From Acidobacteriota bacterium (GTDB lineage Bacteria > Acidobacteriota > UBA6911 > RPQK01 > JADFOI01), in NCBI GenBank assembly GCA_963663035.1, contig OY760074.1, forward strand, positions 3,488,001-3,552,000: a stretch of 64,000 nt of DNA, in the 5' to 3' direction. A model generated the notes under the pieces. That model did no database searches and was not told the DNA's origin. It saw only the letters and a list, made by a program, of their open reading frames with translations. Shown piece by piece: positions 30,610-40,758 of the stretch; position 1 is the first letter of the stretch; the number at the start of each line of letters is the position of its first letter. The translations under genes were made by a program, and so were the position numbers.

Positions 30610-32370
30610 TTACAACTCTTCCGCTGCTTCAGCTAATAATCTTTTTTGAAGGGCCAGTTTTTTGGTAAAGACCTTTTCCTTTTCTGACAGGGCTTTTGTC
30701 TTTTCTTCTTCAAGCGCAGATTTTTGAGCGGCTAGGTCACCTTTATGTTCCAGGGCAGCTTCTGCTAAGGCGTGCTCTTTCTCTTTTTTCAATTTCGCGG
30801 CTTCACTTTCGGCTTGCTCTTTGAGCTTCTGCTCTGTCTTGGCCAGCTCCAGTTGCTTTTGTTTCTCGTGTTCTGCTTCCTGTTTGGCCAATGCGTCAAG
30901 TCGTTCTTGTTCGGCTTTTGCTAAGGCTTGCTCTTTTTCTTCTTTCAATTGCGCGGCTTCACGTTCGGCTTTCTCGGCTTTTGCTAAGAGCTCATTTTCT
31001 TTTTTCAAGTTCGCGGCTTCACTTTCGGCATGCTCTTTAAGCTTCTGTTCTGTCTTGGCCACCTCCAGTTGCTTTTGTTTGTCGAGTTCTGCTTCTTTTT
31101 TGGCCACGGCGTCAACTTGTTCTTTCTCGGCTTTTGCTAAGGCGAGCTCTTTTTCCTTTTTCACTTTAGCGGTTTCACCTTCGGCTTGCTCTTTTTTGGC
31201 CAAAGCGTCAACTCGTTCTTGCTCGAGTTTTGCTAAGAGCTTATGTTCCTTTTTCAAGTTCGCGGCTTCACTTTCGGCATGCTCTTTAAGCTTCTGCTCT
31301 GTCTTGGCCACCTCCAGTTGCTTTTGTTTGCCGAGTTCTGCTTCCTGTTTGGCCAATCCGTCAAGTCGTTCTTGTTCGGCTTCTGCTAAGGCGAGCTCTT
31401 TTTCCTCTTTCAATTTCGCGGTTTCACCTTCGGCTTGCTTTCTGAGTTCCTGCTCTGTCTTGGCCAGCTCCAGTTGTTTTTGTTTGTCGAGTTCTGCTTC
31501 CTGTTTGGCCAACGCGTCAAGTTGTTCTTGTTCGGCTTTTGCTAAGGCGAGCTCTTTTTCCTCTTTCAATTTCGCGGTTTCACCTTCGGCTTGCTTTCTG
31601 AGTTCCTGCTCTGTCTTGGTCAGCTCCAGTTGTTTTTGTTTGTCGAGTTCTGCTTCCTGTTTGGCCAACGCGTCAACTCGTTCTTGCTGGGCTTTTGCTA
31701 AATTGAGGTCATTTTCCTTTCTCATCTGCGCGGCTATACCTTCGGCTTGCTCAGTATCAAGCTCTTGTTCGTGATTAAAAAGCATTTCCAGAGTGACTTT
31801 ATACTTGTCAAACGCCTGTCGGTATCGACTTTCATCTGGAAACAATGTGTTTATGTAATCCATAAGCAACGAAACAGGAAGACCAACCAGCGAACTGACA
31901 ATTGCCACGGAGGCGCCAGATTTGATATCGCCACCCTCATTTAACGCCAGATAAAAGCCTGCAAATGTACCAATGATCCCAAGCAGAATGATCATAAAAG
32001 GCGCCCGGAAAAGGACGCCAACAACATCCTCCGAGTCAAAGAATTGAAAGGTGCGCGAAAAATATGGATTATCGTCAAGCGCGATGTGGGTGATGATTTC
32101 ATAATCCGGCGCACGAGCGTAACCTTGATGTTTAATTTCATCGACGGTTAAGTCGATAATAGCTGCCACACCACCCTCAAGGTCAAACAGTTGATCCACG
32201 AGTCCGGCAGGCGCTTTAACGGCAAGGTCTTTTTCCACCAATTCTTCTTTGGTTTTTCCTAACAACACTTCCGCTTTTCTCTCGAGATTGCGTGCTTCGA
32301 GCTTGATTTTCTTTGCTTTTTGAATCTTGGCCCGCAGTTTGGTCAGGAAAGGATCCTTTCCTGAATAGAG
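30610..32370 (-). pseudogene. 5'-truncated MotA/ZorA-like membrane protein with a long repeated coiled-coil tail
   Basis: P..IILLGIIGTFAG...A.VSSLVG TM pair, then 52-aa (156-bp) repeats; frame runs into the IS3 end at 32371. Confidence 0.6.
30770..31702 (-). repeat. Imperfect 156-bp coding tandem repeats plus partial units
   Basis: CTGTTTGGCCAACGCGTCAA at 31501 and 31657 (156 bp apart); unit LAKAEQERLDALAKQEAELDKQKQLELAKTEQ... Confidence 0.9.
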
Positions 32371-32399
32371 TGACCTGCCCCCACGAACGAGTCCACCCT

Positions 32400-33308
32400 C
32401 TATGCTAGACCCGGGACCATTTGAAGTCCACTCCAAGGGATTGGATCCAGTGCCTGCGACCTAGGTAGTTTGGCCTCTGGCGCCGGCGGCCGATAGGCCA
32501 AGGCGCTGTGAGGCCGGATCTGATTGTAATCCCTCCGCCAGCGTTCTACCAACACCTTGGCTTCCCCCAGCGTGTCGAAGATCTCCATGTTCAGCAGCTC
32601 ATCCCGTAGTTTCCCGTTGAAACTCTCAATGTACCCATTCTCCCAGGGGCTGCCCGGCTCGATGTACAAGGTCCTTACCCCAACAGCCTGCAGCCAGTCC
32701 CGGACCGCCTGTGCCGTAAACTCCGATCCGTTATCGGACCGGATAAACTCAGGCACTCCCCGATCAACGAATAACTCCGCCAGCCGGTCCAACACGTCTT
32801 GGTGATTCATCTGCCGTTTCACATCAATGGCGAGGCACTCTCTGGTGTACTCATCCAGGATCGTCAATAGCCGAAAGGCTCGCCCATCATGGGTCCGTTC
32901 ATGCACGAAATCATAGCTCCAGACGTGGTTCTTGCGAGCCGCTCGTAACCGAACACAGGAACCGTCATTAAGCCACAGCCTCCTTCGTTTCGGCTGTCTG
33001 GACGGGACTTTCAGCCCTTCTTGTCTCCACAGCCTCTCCACCCGCTTAGGATTCACCTTCCACCCTTCCCCATGAAGTATCGCCGTGACCCGCCGGTAGC
33101 CATAACGCCCGTATTGCGTAGCCAACTCCACCATCCGGGCCACCAATCGGGCCTCATCATCGGGAATTTGCCTTTCCCTTCGCTGGGTCGATCGAACCTG
33201 TCCCAGCACTTGGCAGGCCCGACGTTCGGAGACTCGCTCTGCTCCTAATCGCTCTCGTACCCACATCACCGCTCGTCTCCTGTTCGCCGGGCCTAGAAGT
33301 TTCCCGAG
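32400..33308 (-). CDS. IS3 transposase OrfB (DDE), probably reached by -1 frameshift from OrfA
   Basis: [48 protein letters not shown]; overlapping GNF*/GKLL junction. Confidence 0.9.
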   Translation of the reverse strand, partial: LGKLLGPANRRRAVMWVRERLGAERVSERRACQVLGQVRSTQRRERQIPDDEARLVARMVELATQYGRYGYRRVTAILHGEGWKVNPKRVERLWRQEGLKVPSRQPKRRRLWLNDGSCVRLRAARKNHVWSYDFVHERTHDGRAFRLLTILDEYTRECLAIDVKRQMNHQDVLDRLAELFVDRGVPEFIRSDNGSEFTAQAVRDWLQAVGVRTLYIEPGSPWENGYIESFNGKLRDELLNMEIFDTLGEAKVLVERWRRDYNQIRPHSALAYRPPAPEAKLPRSQALDPIPWSGLQMVPGLA

Positions 33309-33571
33309 GACACTTCCTTCAGGATCTGCTTGTCCAAAGACAGATCCGCCACCAGCTTCTCCAACCGGGTATTCTCCTTCTCCAACACCTTCAACCTCTT
33401 GGCCTGGTCCAACCGGAGCCCTCCGTACTCTTTGCGCCACCGGTAGTAGGTCTGCTCGCTCACCCCCATCTGCTTCGACACCTGTCCCACCCTCTGTCCT
33501 TGGGCCAGACCCACCTCTGCCTCACGCAGCTTCATGATGATCTGTTCTGCCCTAAACCGCTTCCCTGCCAT
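33293..33571 (-). CDS. IS3 transposase OrfA (HTH)
   Basis: EQIIMKLRE...[17 protein letters not shown]...LEKEN.RL. Confidence 0.93.
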   Translation of the reverse strand: MAGKRFRAEQIIMKLREAEVGLAQGQRVGQVSKQMGVSEQTYYRWRKEYGGLRLDQAKRLKVLEKENTRLEKLVADLSLDKQILKEVSSGNF

Positions 33572-33637
33572 CCTTGCCTCCTTCCTAAACCGGAAATCCT
33601 AACATTCAAACTGGACTCGTTTTAGGGGGCAAGGTCA

Positions 33638-35365
33638 ACTGCCGTTGCGCTGATCGAGCCCGATCCTGGGGACTACATGATCGGGGTCATCGGCACACCG
33701 GGAGAGCCCTTCTCGCTGTCCGCGTCGGTAGCCGATTTTCTGGGCAACGTCGAGGTTCCCCGCGTGGTCGAATTCCGGGCCGATGGCATTCTGGCGCCGG
33801 GCGGCAATGCATTTGATTTCGAGATCCGCCTGCGTTCTGGCGCCCCCGGCAGCGGGGCGATGCGTGCTGGCTTCGACGAAGCGACCTTGCCCGCCAACGA
33901 CGATGGGTCGACCGGCCTGGTCCCGATCGGGTTTACGGCTGACCTCTTCGGTACGCTTTTTGACTCAGTCTTCGTCAACAACAACGGCAACCTGACACTG
34001 GATGCGCCGCTGTCGACCTTCACGCCCTTCGATCTGACCTCGACAGGACGCGAGATTATCGCCCCCTATTTTGCTGATGTCGACACGCGCGTCGGCAATG
34101 TATTGACCTTCGGCAACGGCATTGTCGGAGGTCGGCCCGCTTTTGGAGTGACGTGGCCGGGAGTCGGGTGCTTTTCCGTTACCACATCGGTGCTCAACTT
34201 CTTCCAGGTCGTGCTGATCGACCGTTCTGATCTTGGACCGGGCGATTTCGACATTGAATTCAACTTCGATTCCATCCAATGGGAGACTGGCCAGGCCAGC
34301 GGCGGCGACGTCGTTTGCCAAGGCGGGGCTTCGGCCCGAGTCGGCTTCTCGAGCGGTACCGGCGACCCTGCGACCTTCTTCGAACTACCCGGATCAGGCA
34401 TCCCCGGAGCATTTCTCGATAACAACGCCGTCACGGGACTCGCCAATAACAGCTTCAACAGCCAGCAGATGGGACGCTATTTCTTTGCGGTGCGTAACGG
34501 TATGCCTGTCACCCAGGCCGACCGAGACCGGGACGGGGTTCCCGACGAGTTGGACAACTGCCCCAACACATCCAACCCGGATCAGGCGGACGGAGAACTG
34601 AACGGGATCGGCGACGCGTGCCAGAGCCCCGATCAACTGCATGCGACTTCCGGTGTCCTGCAGGCGCTGCTGGACGGGACGACTACGGGAGAACGTCGCG
34701 GCCTGACTGTGGCAGATGAACCAGGCCTCCTCGAACGGGTTGTGCGAATAGTGGACTTTCGCCTCAGAGAGGGTCTAGCTGATTCGGCAGAACAACTTAC
34801 CGCGAACCTGGTGGGCAGTCTCGTTGAAACCGGCTTGGTATCGCCGGAAGATGCAGACCAGCTCATTAGAGACGTGCTCCAACAAATCTTGACTCCGTTC
34901 GCCGCTTTCGCCGTCGATGTCGAAATTGAGGAGGACGAATTCGAGGTCGAGGGGAGCTTCACCCTTGGCCAGAGCAGCGATGGCATCAACCCTGTGACTG
35001 AGGATGTGAGCCTTCAGGTGGGGCCCTTCACCACCACCATCCGGGCCGGTTTCTTCGAGTTGACCAACTCCGGTCCGTTCGGGGAGTTCGAGTTCGAAGG
35101 GGTCATCCAGGGCGTGGATCTGGAGATTGAGATCCGGCCGCTTTGGGGCAACAACTTTAGGTTCGAGGCCGAAGGAGAGGGGGCGGATATGTCCGGGACG
35201 GTGAACCCGGTGACCGTGGTGCTCATCGTCGGAAACGACGGTGGCGAGGTCACCGTCGAGGCCGAAATAGAGAGGGACGACGACGGTGATGATGATGATG
35301 ATGATGATGACGATGATGACGATGACGATGACGGTCCTACTATCATCACCGTTGGAAGCCGTTGA
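33638..35365 (+). CDS. Nidogen (NIDO)-like and thrombospondin type 3 repeat protein with a poly-Asp tail, probably 5'-truncated by IS3
   Basis: NDDGS...IGF...VNNNGN...IIAPYFADVDTR...QWETG; DRDGVPDELDNCP...NPDQ.D..GIGDAC; frame open from the IS end at 33638 with no signal peptide. Confidence 0.8.
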   Translation, partial: TAVALIEPDPGDYMIGVIGTPGEPFSLSASVADFLGNVEVPRVVEFRADGILAPGGNAFDFEIRLRSGAPGSGAMRAGFDEATLPANDDGSTGLVPIGFTADLFGTLFDSVFVNNNGNLTLDAPLSTFTPFDLTSTGREIIAPYFADVDTRVGNVLTFGNGIVGGRPAFGVTWPGVGCFSVTTSVLNFFQVVLIDRSDLGPGDFDIEFNFDSIQWETGQASGGDVVCQGGASARVGFSSGTGDPATFFELPGSGIPGAFLDNNAVTGLANNSFNSQQMGRYFFAVRNGMPVTQADRDRDGVPDELDNCPNTSNPDQADGELNGIGDACQSPDQLHATSGVLQALLDGTTTGERRGLTVADEPGLLERVVRIVDFRLREGLADSAEQLTANLVGSLVETGLVSPEDADQLIRDVLQQILTPFAAFAVDVEIEEDEFEVEGSFTLGQSSDGINPVTEDVSLQVGPFTTTIRAGFFELTNSGPFGEFEFEGVIQGVDLEIEIRPLWGNNFRFEAEGEGADMSGTVNPVTVVLIVGNDGGEVTVEAEIERDDDGDDDDDDDDDDDDDDDGPTIITVGSR

Positions 35366-35814
35366 AGTCCTTGTAAGTACTCCGCGTTTAAAGGCTTTCA
35401 GCCATTTCCTAATGTCCCTGCAAATCCCTCCCGAGGGCAAGACATGGTACTGTGCGTTTTATTGAGGACTTTGATTTCCCAAGAATTTCTATGCCGCCAC
35501 TGACCCAGTGTTCTCTTAAGTTTTTAACAGTTCCCGGGTTAGAGGGCACAGTCAGTCACGGCGTGGTCTGCTCAATTCGGCTTGCATCTAAGCTCGTTCT
35601 TAGAGATGGGAATCTGACAGATATATGGGTCCATTCTAGCGAACATATTGAAGCTAGACTCGCTCGTCGGAAGCCACTCTTTCGCCCACTTGGCCGTAAA
35701 ACGCCCTTACCGGAAAGAGCGGTGACCTGGTGTGCCCTGGAACCAATATGGAACCAATTCTACCGAACCATCGTGTGCAGTAGATCTGAGGTGACGATAA
35801 CATATTGAAAAGAT

Positions 35815-35890
35815 TGGTGGAGCTGAGGGGACTCGAACCCCTGACCCCCTGAATGCCATTCAGGTACTCTTCCAACTGAGCTACAGCCCC
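35815..35890 (-). tRNA. tRNA-Ala (GGC)
   Basis: GGGGCTGTAGCTCAGTTGG...CCTGAAT-GGC-ATTCAGG...GGTTCGAGTCCC...CTCCACCA, 76 nt. Confidence 0.97.
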
Positions 35891-36181
35891 ACGGTGTTCA
35901 TTTTACAATCAGTTTCACGGATTCGCTAGTCCGCCAATTGCCTTCAGCCACCTCCCGGCGTCGCATGGGACATAACTGCACTAGAGTGAGCGGCCATTCC
36001 TGTCCTGGATCGCCACCAGAAAACTCAAAGCAGATAACCCGGTTCACAAACGTCAGTCTGTCGGATTCCCTTGCTGTGATACCGGACCTGCAGGGGGATC
36101 AATGCCAAGAGCGAGAAGGCCCGCATAGGCGCGCGTTACCGGTATAAACGGGTAGAAAGGCCATGGAAAAATAATCTGGCC

Positions 36182-36403
36182 TCACCGAAACACTAACACG
36201 CAAGAAGGGGCCAGCCACAGCATATGCTCCTTTGGCCAAGCCACGAAGAGAAAGATTATAGCCAGCGCCCAGAGCGATAAACTGGCAAGGCGTTTTGGTG
36301 GACTGGGGAAGTCACCGAGTCTCATAATTCTTCGCATATTAAGGGAAGAGAATAACGCCGATATCAGAACCAGGCCCCAGCTTACCCATCCTGTTGCTTC
36401 CAC
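36182..36403 (-). CDS. Small membrane protein, possibly interrupted by a premature TGA
   Basis: Hydrophobic ORF; the frame stays open past the TGA to 36053. Confidence 0.45.
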   Translation of the reverse strand: MEATGWVSWGLVLISALFSSLNMRRIMRLGDFPSPPKRLASLSLWALAIIFLFVAWPKEHMLWLAPSCVLVFR

Positions 36404-36416
36404 AACGTTTTACCTA

Positions 36417-36695
36417 CTAAGAGTGCTTCGCTCTCCCGTCCTGGGCACTACGACGTATCAAGAAGAGCATGGCTGACCATACACCGGAGAACCGATAAGC
36501 AGGATCGATGTACCGCTCGATAACGTAGAATGCGAAGTAATAGAGTCGAGCCGACGCCCAGACAATCACAACCAGCAGGCCAGCGGTACGCCACATCACC
36601 GCCTCTAGCAGCACCAGAGCACAAGACGACAGAAGCAGCACCAGGAACAGCGCTGCCTTGAGGTACATCCACCTGGCGCTTTTGAGATCTCGCAT
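36417..36695 (-). CDS. Small hypothetical membrane protein
   Basis: MRDLKSARWMYLKAALFL...RLYYFAFYVIERYIDP.Y.FSG, 2-3 TM segments. Confidence 0.7.
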   Translation of the reverse strand: MRDLKSARWMYLKAALFLVLLLSSCALVLLEAVMWRTAGLLVVIVWASARLYYFAFYVIERYIDPAYRFSGVWSAMLFLIRRSAQDGRAKHS

Positions 36696-36734
36696 GCGAT
36701 CACCAGAATCACTCCTCGCGAACGACTTTGAATC

Positions 36735-37274
36735 TTATGGGAACTTCTCAGCCAGCTCTTTTCTTTTTCCGATAATCCCGACATCCTTGAACTGGCATCG
36801 TTTGAACATGCAATCGGTGAAGGTCACCACTCCCACGAACTCGTTTCGTTTAGCTTCGATGAGAACATGCTCTGGATCCCCTACGAAGGAGGAGTCGTTT
36901 AAGACATTTCCCGACCCAAAATGGATGACAGCGGGTCCCACAAACTGACGATTTTCATAGACTTGGTCTGTTACAACTGGAGTTTCTTCAGCCAATCGGG
37001 TCAGATAAATTCTTCCAGGTCCTTGATAGCTTGCCAGCAGAATCATTCCCACGCCGATTAAGGATATGGCGAGGGTTCCCCACCCCGTATCCAGAAACTC
37101 AATCCCGGCGGACATCCATCCTTCAGTCGAGAGATCGCCCAGGCTGAACAGTTGGGCAAAAAAATTCATATCGTCCAGAAACTCGAGCAATTGATAGATC
37201 GGCTTGGCCAAAAAGACACACCAGCCAATCAGGGCAATGGGTCTGTGGAACTGTCGAGTCGAATGCCCAGCCAT
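36735..37274 (-). CDS. Hypothetical membrane-anchored protein
   Basis: 179-aa ORF with TM segments and a beta-repeat-like tail (FTDCMFKRCQF). Confidence 0.5.
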   Translation of the reverse strand: MAGHSTRQFHRPIALIGWCVFLAKPIYQLLEFLDDMNFFAQLFSLGDLSTEGWMSAGIEFLDTGWGTLAISLIGVGMILLASYQGPGRIYLTRLAEETPVVTDQVYENRQFVGPAVIHFGSGNVLNDSSFVGDPEHVLIEAKRNEFVGVVTFTDCMFKRCQFKDVGIIGKRKELAEKFP

Positions 37275-37414
37275 TCTTCCATTAGAACAAACAATTTGGC
37301 TTCTCTGCCAAAAGGGAACGAGTTGCCGCTCGCAATGGAGACTATGACGGCAGTGTGGCTGGGAGTTGTTTGTGTCGGAATTTCAGCCCCAGGATGGGAC
37401 AAAGCACTGAATCA

Positions 37415-39298
37415 TCAACCGGCAATCGAGTCCACGAGTGGTTGGTTGATTTGGATCTTATTCTCTTCGTACAGCGTGCTGATGACGTTTTGCACCCAGG
37501 CCGAAAAAAAGCTGCTCCGCTTCTCGTTGGTGATCTGCAGGAGGAGCTCCTCCTTGGCCTGTTCAAATTGCTCTTCGTCGACAGTACTCTTTTCAGCCAA
37601 TTGAAAAACGACATACTTTCCGGAAACTGAGAGCGCCGGGCTCAGCTCATCTTCCTTCATGCGGAAAGCCCGGCTGAGGATCTCCGCTGCGTATCCCAGC
37701 TCATCGTTAATCGAGGCATCTCTCTTGAAAAAGTCAGTCGTGGTCACCTGCAGACTCTCCCCAGCGGCCACCTCCTCAAAGTTGGGCTCTTCCTGGAGTG
37801 CCTGGGCGAAGGCAAAGGCCCTCTCCCGCGCTATGTCCTCACCACGGCTCAACTTGAGATCTTCGGTCACCTGGTCCTGGATTGTTTCGAATTCGGATAT
37901 CGCAGACGGTTGGATCTCCGTGAGTTGGGCGACAAGGTCTGTCCCTCCCTGGTCATAGGGTCCTATGGTTTGCCCCTGGCTCAGTGCGAAAACCTGTTGA
38001 TTGAAATCATTGCGAACCCGCAAATCAGGCAGCACATCTCCCAGGCTGAAAAAAGGAGATTCTTGAATTTCCAGGTGGTATCGCTCAGCCGCCGTCTCCA
38101 GGTTTGAGTCTGTTTCTATCTCGCGGGCAACTTTGGCCGCCAGATTTTTAGCTAACTTCTCACCCTCTTCTTGCCGCAAGGCGGATTCGGCCAATGCTCG
38201 GGAATCCACCATGTTAACCTCGGTGACCTTGATAATGTGAAAACCGTAATCGGTTGTCACCAGATCACTGATCTCACCGGGTTCCAGTGAAAAGGCCGCA
38301 TTCTCGAATTCGGGAACCATGGCCCCACGTCCGAAGAAGCCGACATCTCCACCATTGACTGCCGAGGCTGGATCTTCCGAGAGCTCCTTTGCCAGTTCTG
38401 CGAAATCCGCACCGGCACGAAGTTGCTCGAGGATTTCTTCCCCTCTCTCCCGGGCATCTGAGCTGGGAAGAGTCAGGAGGATATGACTGGCACGAACTTC
38501 CTGTTTTTCAGCAATGGAGGCCATGCGGATCTGAATCTGCTCTTCGGTCAGTTCCACCTCCTCAAGCTGGACTGGAAAAACGACGTATTTCACCTTTCTG
38601 AGCTCGGGAGTCCTGTAGCTCTCCTTCTGTTCTTCGAAATAAGCTCTCACATCCTCCAGTTCGACTGTCTCTGGAGCCACTGTCTCCGGGTCAATCGCGG
38701 CGTAGCGGATTTTGATTTCCTCATTGCGGTCTAGAAACTCTTGTCGCACTTCTTCGGGCGTAGCATTGATCCCGTCCGTGATCACTCTCACCAGTTTGTT
38801 GCCAATGATTTCTCGCCTCATATCATCTTCGAATTCCGCTGGTGTCAAGTTATTGGCTTGTAAGAGTTGAAGGTAGAGCTCCGTACCGATGAACTGACCG
38901 TTTTGTTGAAAGGTGGGAAGATTGGTGATGGACTCACGAATTTCCTCTGGAGTGGCTTCGATTCCCAGGGTCTCAGCGCCATATTGGATCGCGTAGTCGC
39001 TTATGAGCTGATCCAGTGCTTGCTGTCCCAGGCCAAGCTCTCTGATGGCCTCAGGATCTCCTTGAAGTAGCGGTATGATTTGTCCATAGCTGTCGTAAAC
39101 CTGGTTGTAAAGTCGTCGGAACTGGTTCGTGGTGATGGGGCGTCCTGCGACGACTGCTACATCACGGTTGCCGATACCAACTCCCACCCCTCCTGGAGTT
39201 TGAACAAAGAGAAAGAGCATACTCCCACCAAGAGCGACGATCACGAGCCAGAGGAGCCACTTTAAGCCCGCCTTTTTTTGTCGAAACAGATCCAGCAT
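37415..39298 (-). CDS. ppiD: PpiD/SurA-like peptidyl-prolyl isomerase
   Basis: N-terminal TM anchor, SurA_N domain, parvulin RASHILL...FAELAKELSED...GGDVG...MVPEFE..AF...GFHII. Confidence 0.88.
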   Translation of the reverse strand: MLDLFRQKKAGLKWLLWLVIVALGGSMLFLFVQTPGGVGVGIGNRDVAVVAGRPITTNQFRRLYNQVYDSYGQIIPLLQGDPEAIRELGLGQQALDQLISDYAIQYGAETLGIEATPEEIRESITNLPTFQQNGQFIGTELYLQLLQANNLTPAEFEDDMRREIIGNKLVRVITDGINATPEEVRQEFLDRNEEIKIRYAAIDPETVAPETVELEDVRAYFEEQKESYRTPELRKVKYVVFPVQLEEVELTEEQIQIRMASIAEKQEVRASHILLTLPSSDARERGEEILEQLRAGADFAELAKELSEDPASAVNGGDVGFFGRGAMVPEFENAAFSLEPGEISDLVTTDYGFHIIKVTEVNMVDSRALAESALRQEEGEKLAKNLAAKVAREIETDSNLETAAERYHLEIQESPFFSLGDVLPDLRVRNDFNQQVFALSQGQTIGPYDQGGTDLVAQLTEIQPSAISEFETIQDQVTEDLKLSRGEDIARERAFAFAQALQEEPNFEEVAAGESLQVTTTDFFKRDASINDELGYAAEILSRAFRMKEDELSPALSVSGKYVVFQLAEKSTVDEEQFEQAKEELLLQITNEKRSSFFSAWVQNVISTLYEENKIQINQPLVDSIAG

Positions 39299-39342
39299 GA
39301 GTCTTTTCCTTATTCGGAGAAGCAATCAATATAACACAGTAT

Positions 39343-39483
39343 GGGGTGCTGCGGCCGGTCCTGAGCAGGCTGGTTGGCGGGTTCACTGGTGGCGTGCCTT
39401 TGTGACGATGATCACTTGCGAGCCTTCCCAACCCGTATACACTTCATCTGCGAAGGTTCAGGACAGGACTACGGCAGTGCTTT
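39343..39483 (+). ncRNA. ssrS: Probable 6S RNA
   Basis: Long closed hairpin on the + strand: GGGTGCTGC/GCAGTGCTT, GTCCTGAGC/GTTCAGGAC, GGTTGG/CCAACC. Central bubble with 3' CTTC-GAAG hairpin before GGTTCA. TATAAC at 39330. Confidence 0.55.
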
Positions 39484-39729
39484 TGTCGTGAGGGAGTCGA
39501 GAAGAGAGCAGAAAGCGCTTTAACTTTTCTCGGTCAACAGGCTGTGCTCACTTTGATCTTGCTCCAAACAGAAGGAGAGAGGATAATAGCGTCTGGGTTT
39601 TCAAGGACCAACGGGGAAGAGAAGTGTCTCTATCTCGAGAGTCTGTAGCGGCTTGAGAAGTGATGGGATCTCAAATCGCCCAAGTAAGGAACCTCCTGTC
39701 ATGAAACTGTGCCATACTGAAAAGCGATA

Positions 39730-40758
39730 ATGTTCAACCTCCGCTCAATCTTCAGTTATTTTTCAGATGATCTCGCCATCGACTTGGGTACCGCCAATAC
39801 CCTGGTTTATGCCCGAGGGCAGGGAATCGTTGTTAACGAACCTTCCATTGTCGCGATCAATAAGTTGAGCAACAAGATCGAGGCGATCGGGCATGAGGCC
39901 AAGGACATGCTGGGCCGAACACCGGGCAATATTGTTGCCATCAAGCCCATGAAGGATGGAGTGATAGCGGATTTCGATATCACCGAAGAGATGCTGAAAT
40001 ACTTCATCAAAAGAGCTCATAATCGGAATCACTTACTGAGTCCCAGAATCGTCATTTGTATTCCTTCCGAGATCACTCAGGTCGAGAAAAGGGCGGTCAG
40101 AGAGTCGGCTCTCAGGGCCAATGCCAGCGAGGTCTATCTGCTGGAAGAGGCAATGGCTGCTGCCATTGGCGCTGGACTTCCCATTACCGAACCGGGGGGG
40201 AACTTGATCGTGGACATCGGAGGAGGAACCACCGATATCGCTGTCATCAGTCTGTCCGGCCAGGTTTACAGCCGTTCAGTCCGGGTTGCGGGAAATGAAA
40301 TGGATGAGTCCATCATCCAGTACATCAAAAGAAAGCACAATTTGCTGATCGGGGAACGCACGGCTGAGCAGGTGAAAATCCAGATTGGTTCGGCTGCACC
40401 ACTGGATGAAAAGCTGACCATGGAAATCAAGGGGCGCGATCTAATCGAAGGGATCCCCAAGACCATTGTCATCACAGATGAAGAAGTGTGCGAGGCCTTG
40501 TCCGATACCATGGACATCATCGTGAATGCCGTGCGGGTGGCCTTGGAACGGACACCTCCCGAACTCTCCGCCGACATTGTGGATAAGGGTGTGGTCGTGA
40601 CCGGAGGCGGAGCCCTTCTCAAGAACCTGGATGTGAGAATGAAGAATGAAACAGGACTTCCCATCTTTTTAGCGGAAGATCCTCTTTCCTCGGCAGTCCT
40701 GGGAACGGGCAAGATGTTGGACGACATCCCACTTCTGAAAAGAATCAGCATGCAATGA
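39730..40758 (+). CDS. mreB: Rod shape protein MreB
   Basis: AIDLGTANTLV, DIGGGTTD, LERTPPEL, TGGGALL. Confidence 0.97.
   Translation: MFNLRSIFSYFSDDLAIDLGTANTLVYARGQGIVVNEPSIVAINKLSNKIEAIGHEAKDMLGRTPGNIVAIKPMKDGVIADFDITEEMLKYFIKRAHNRNHLLSPRIVICIPSEITQVEKRAVRESALRANASEVYLLEEAMAAAIGAGLPITEPGGNLIVDIGGGTTDIAVISLSGQVYSRSVRVAGNEMDESIIQYIKRKHNLLIGERTAEQVKIQIGSAAPLDEKLTMEIKGRDLIEGIPKTIVITDEEVCEALSDTMDIIVNAVRVALERTPPELSADIVDKGVVVTGGGALLKNLDVRMKNETGLPIFLAEDPLSSAVLGTGKMLDDIPLLKRISMQ

Larger units (their letters stand above)
32371..33637 (-). mobile_element. IS3-family insertion sequence (IS407-group-like)
   Basis: Imperfect terminal repeats TGACCTGCCCCCACGAACGAGTCCA / TGGACTCGTTTTAGGGGGCAAGGTCA, TG...CA ends, orfA/orfB; no flanking target duplication. 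Confidence 0.93.

Noticed and set aside
30821-31774. 317-aa Ser/Cys/Phe-rich ORF on +
   Set aside because: Antisense shadow of the Lys/Glu/Ala coiled-coil repeats
35452-35808. 118-aa ORF next to tRNA-Ala as an integrase fragment
   Set aside because: No tyrosine or serine recombinase motifs; it overlaps att-like non-coding repeats
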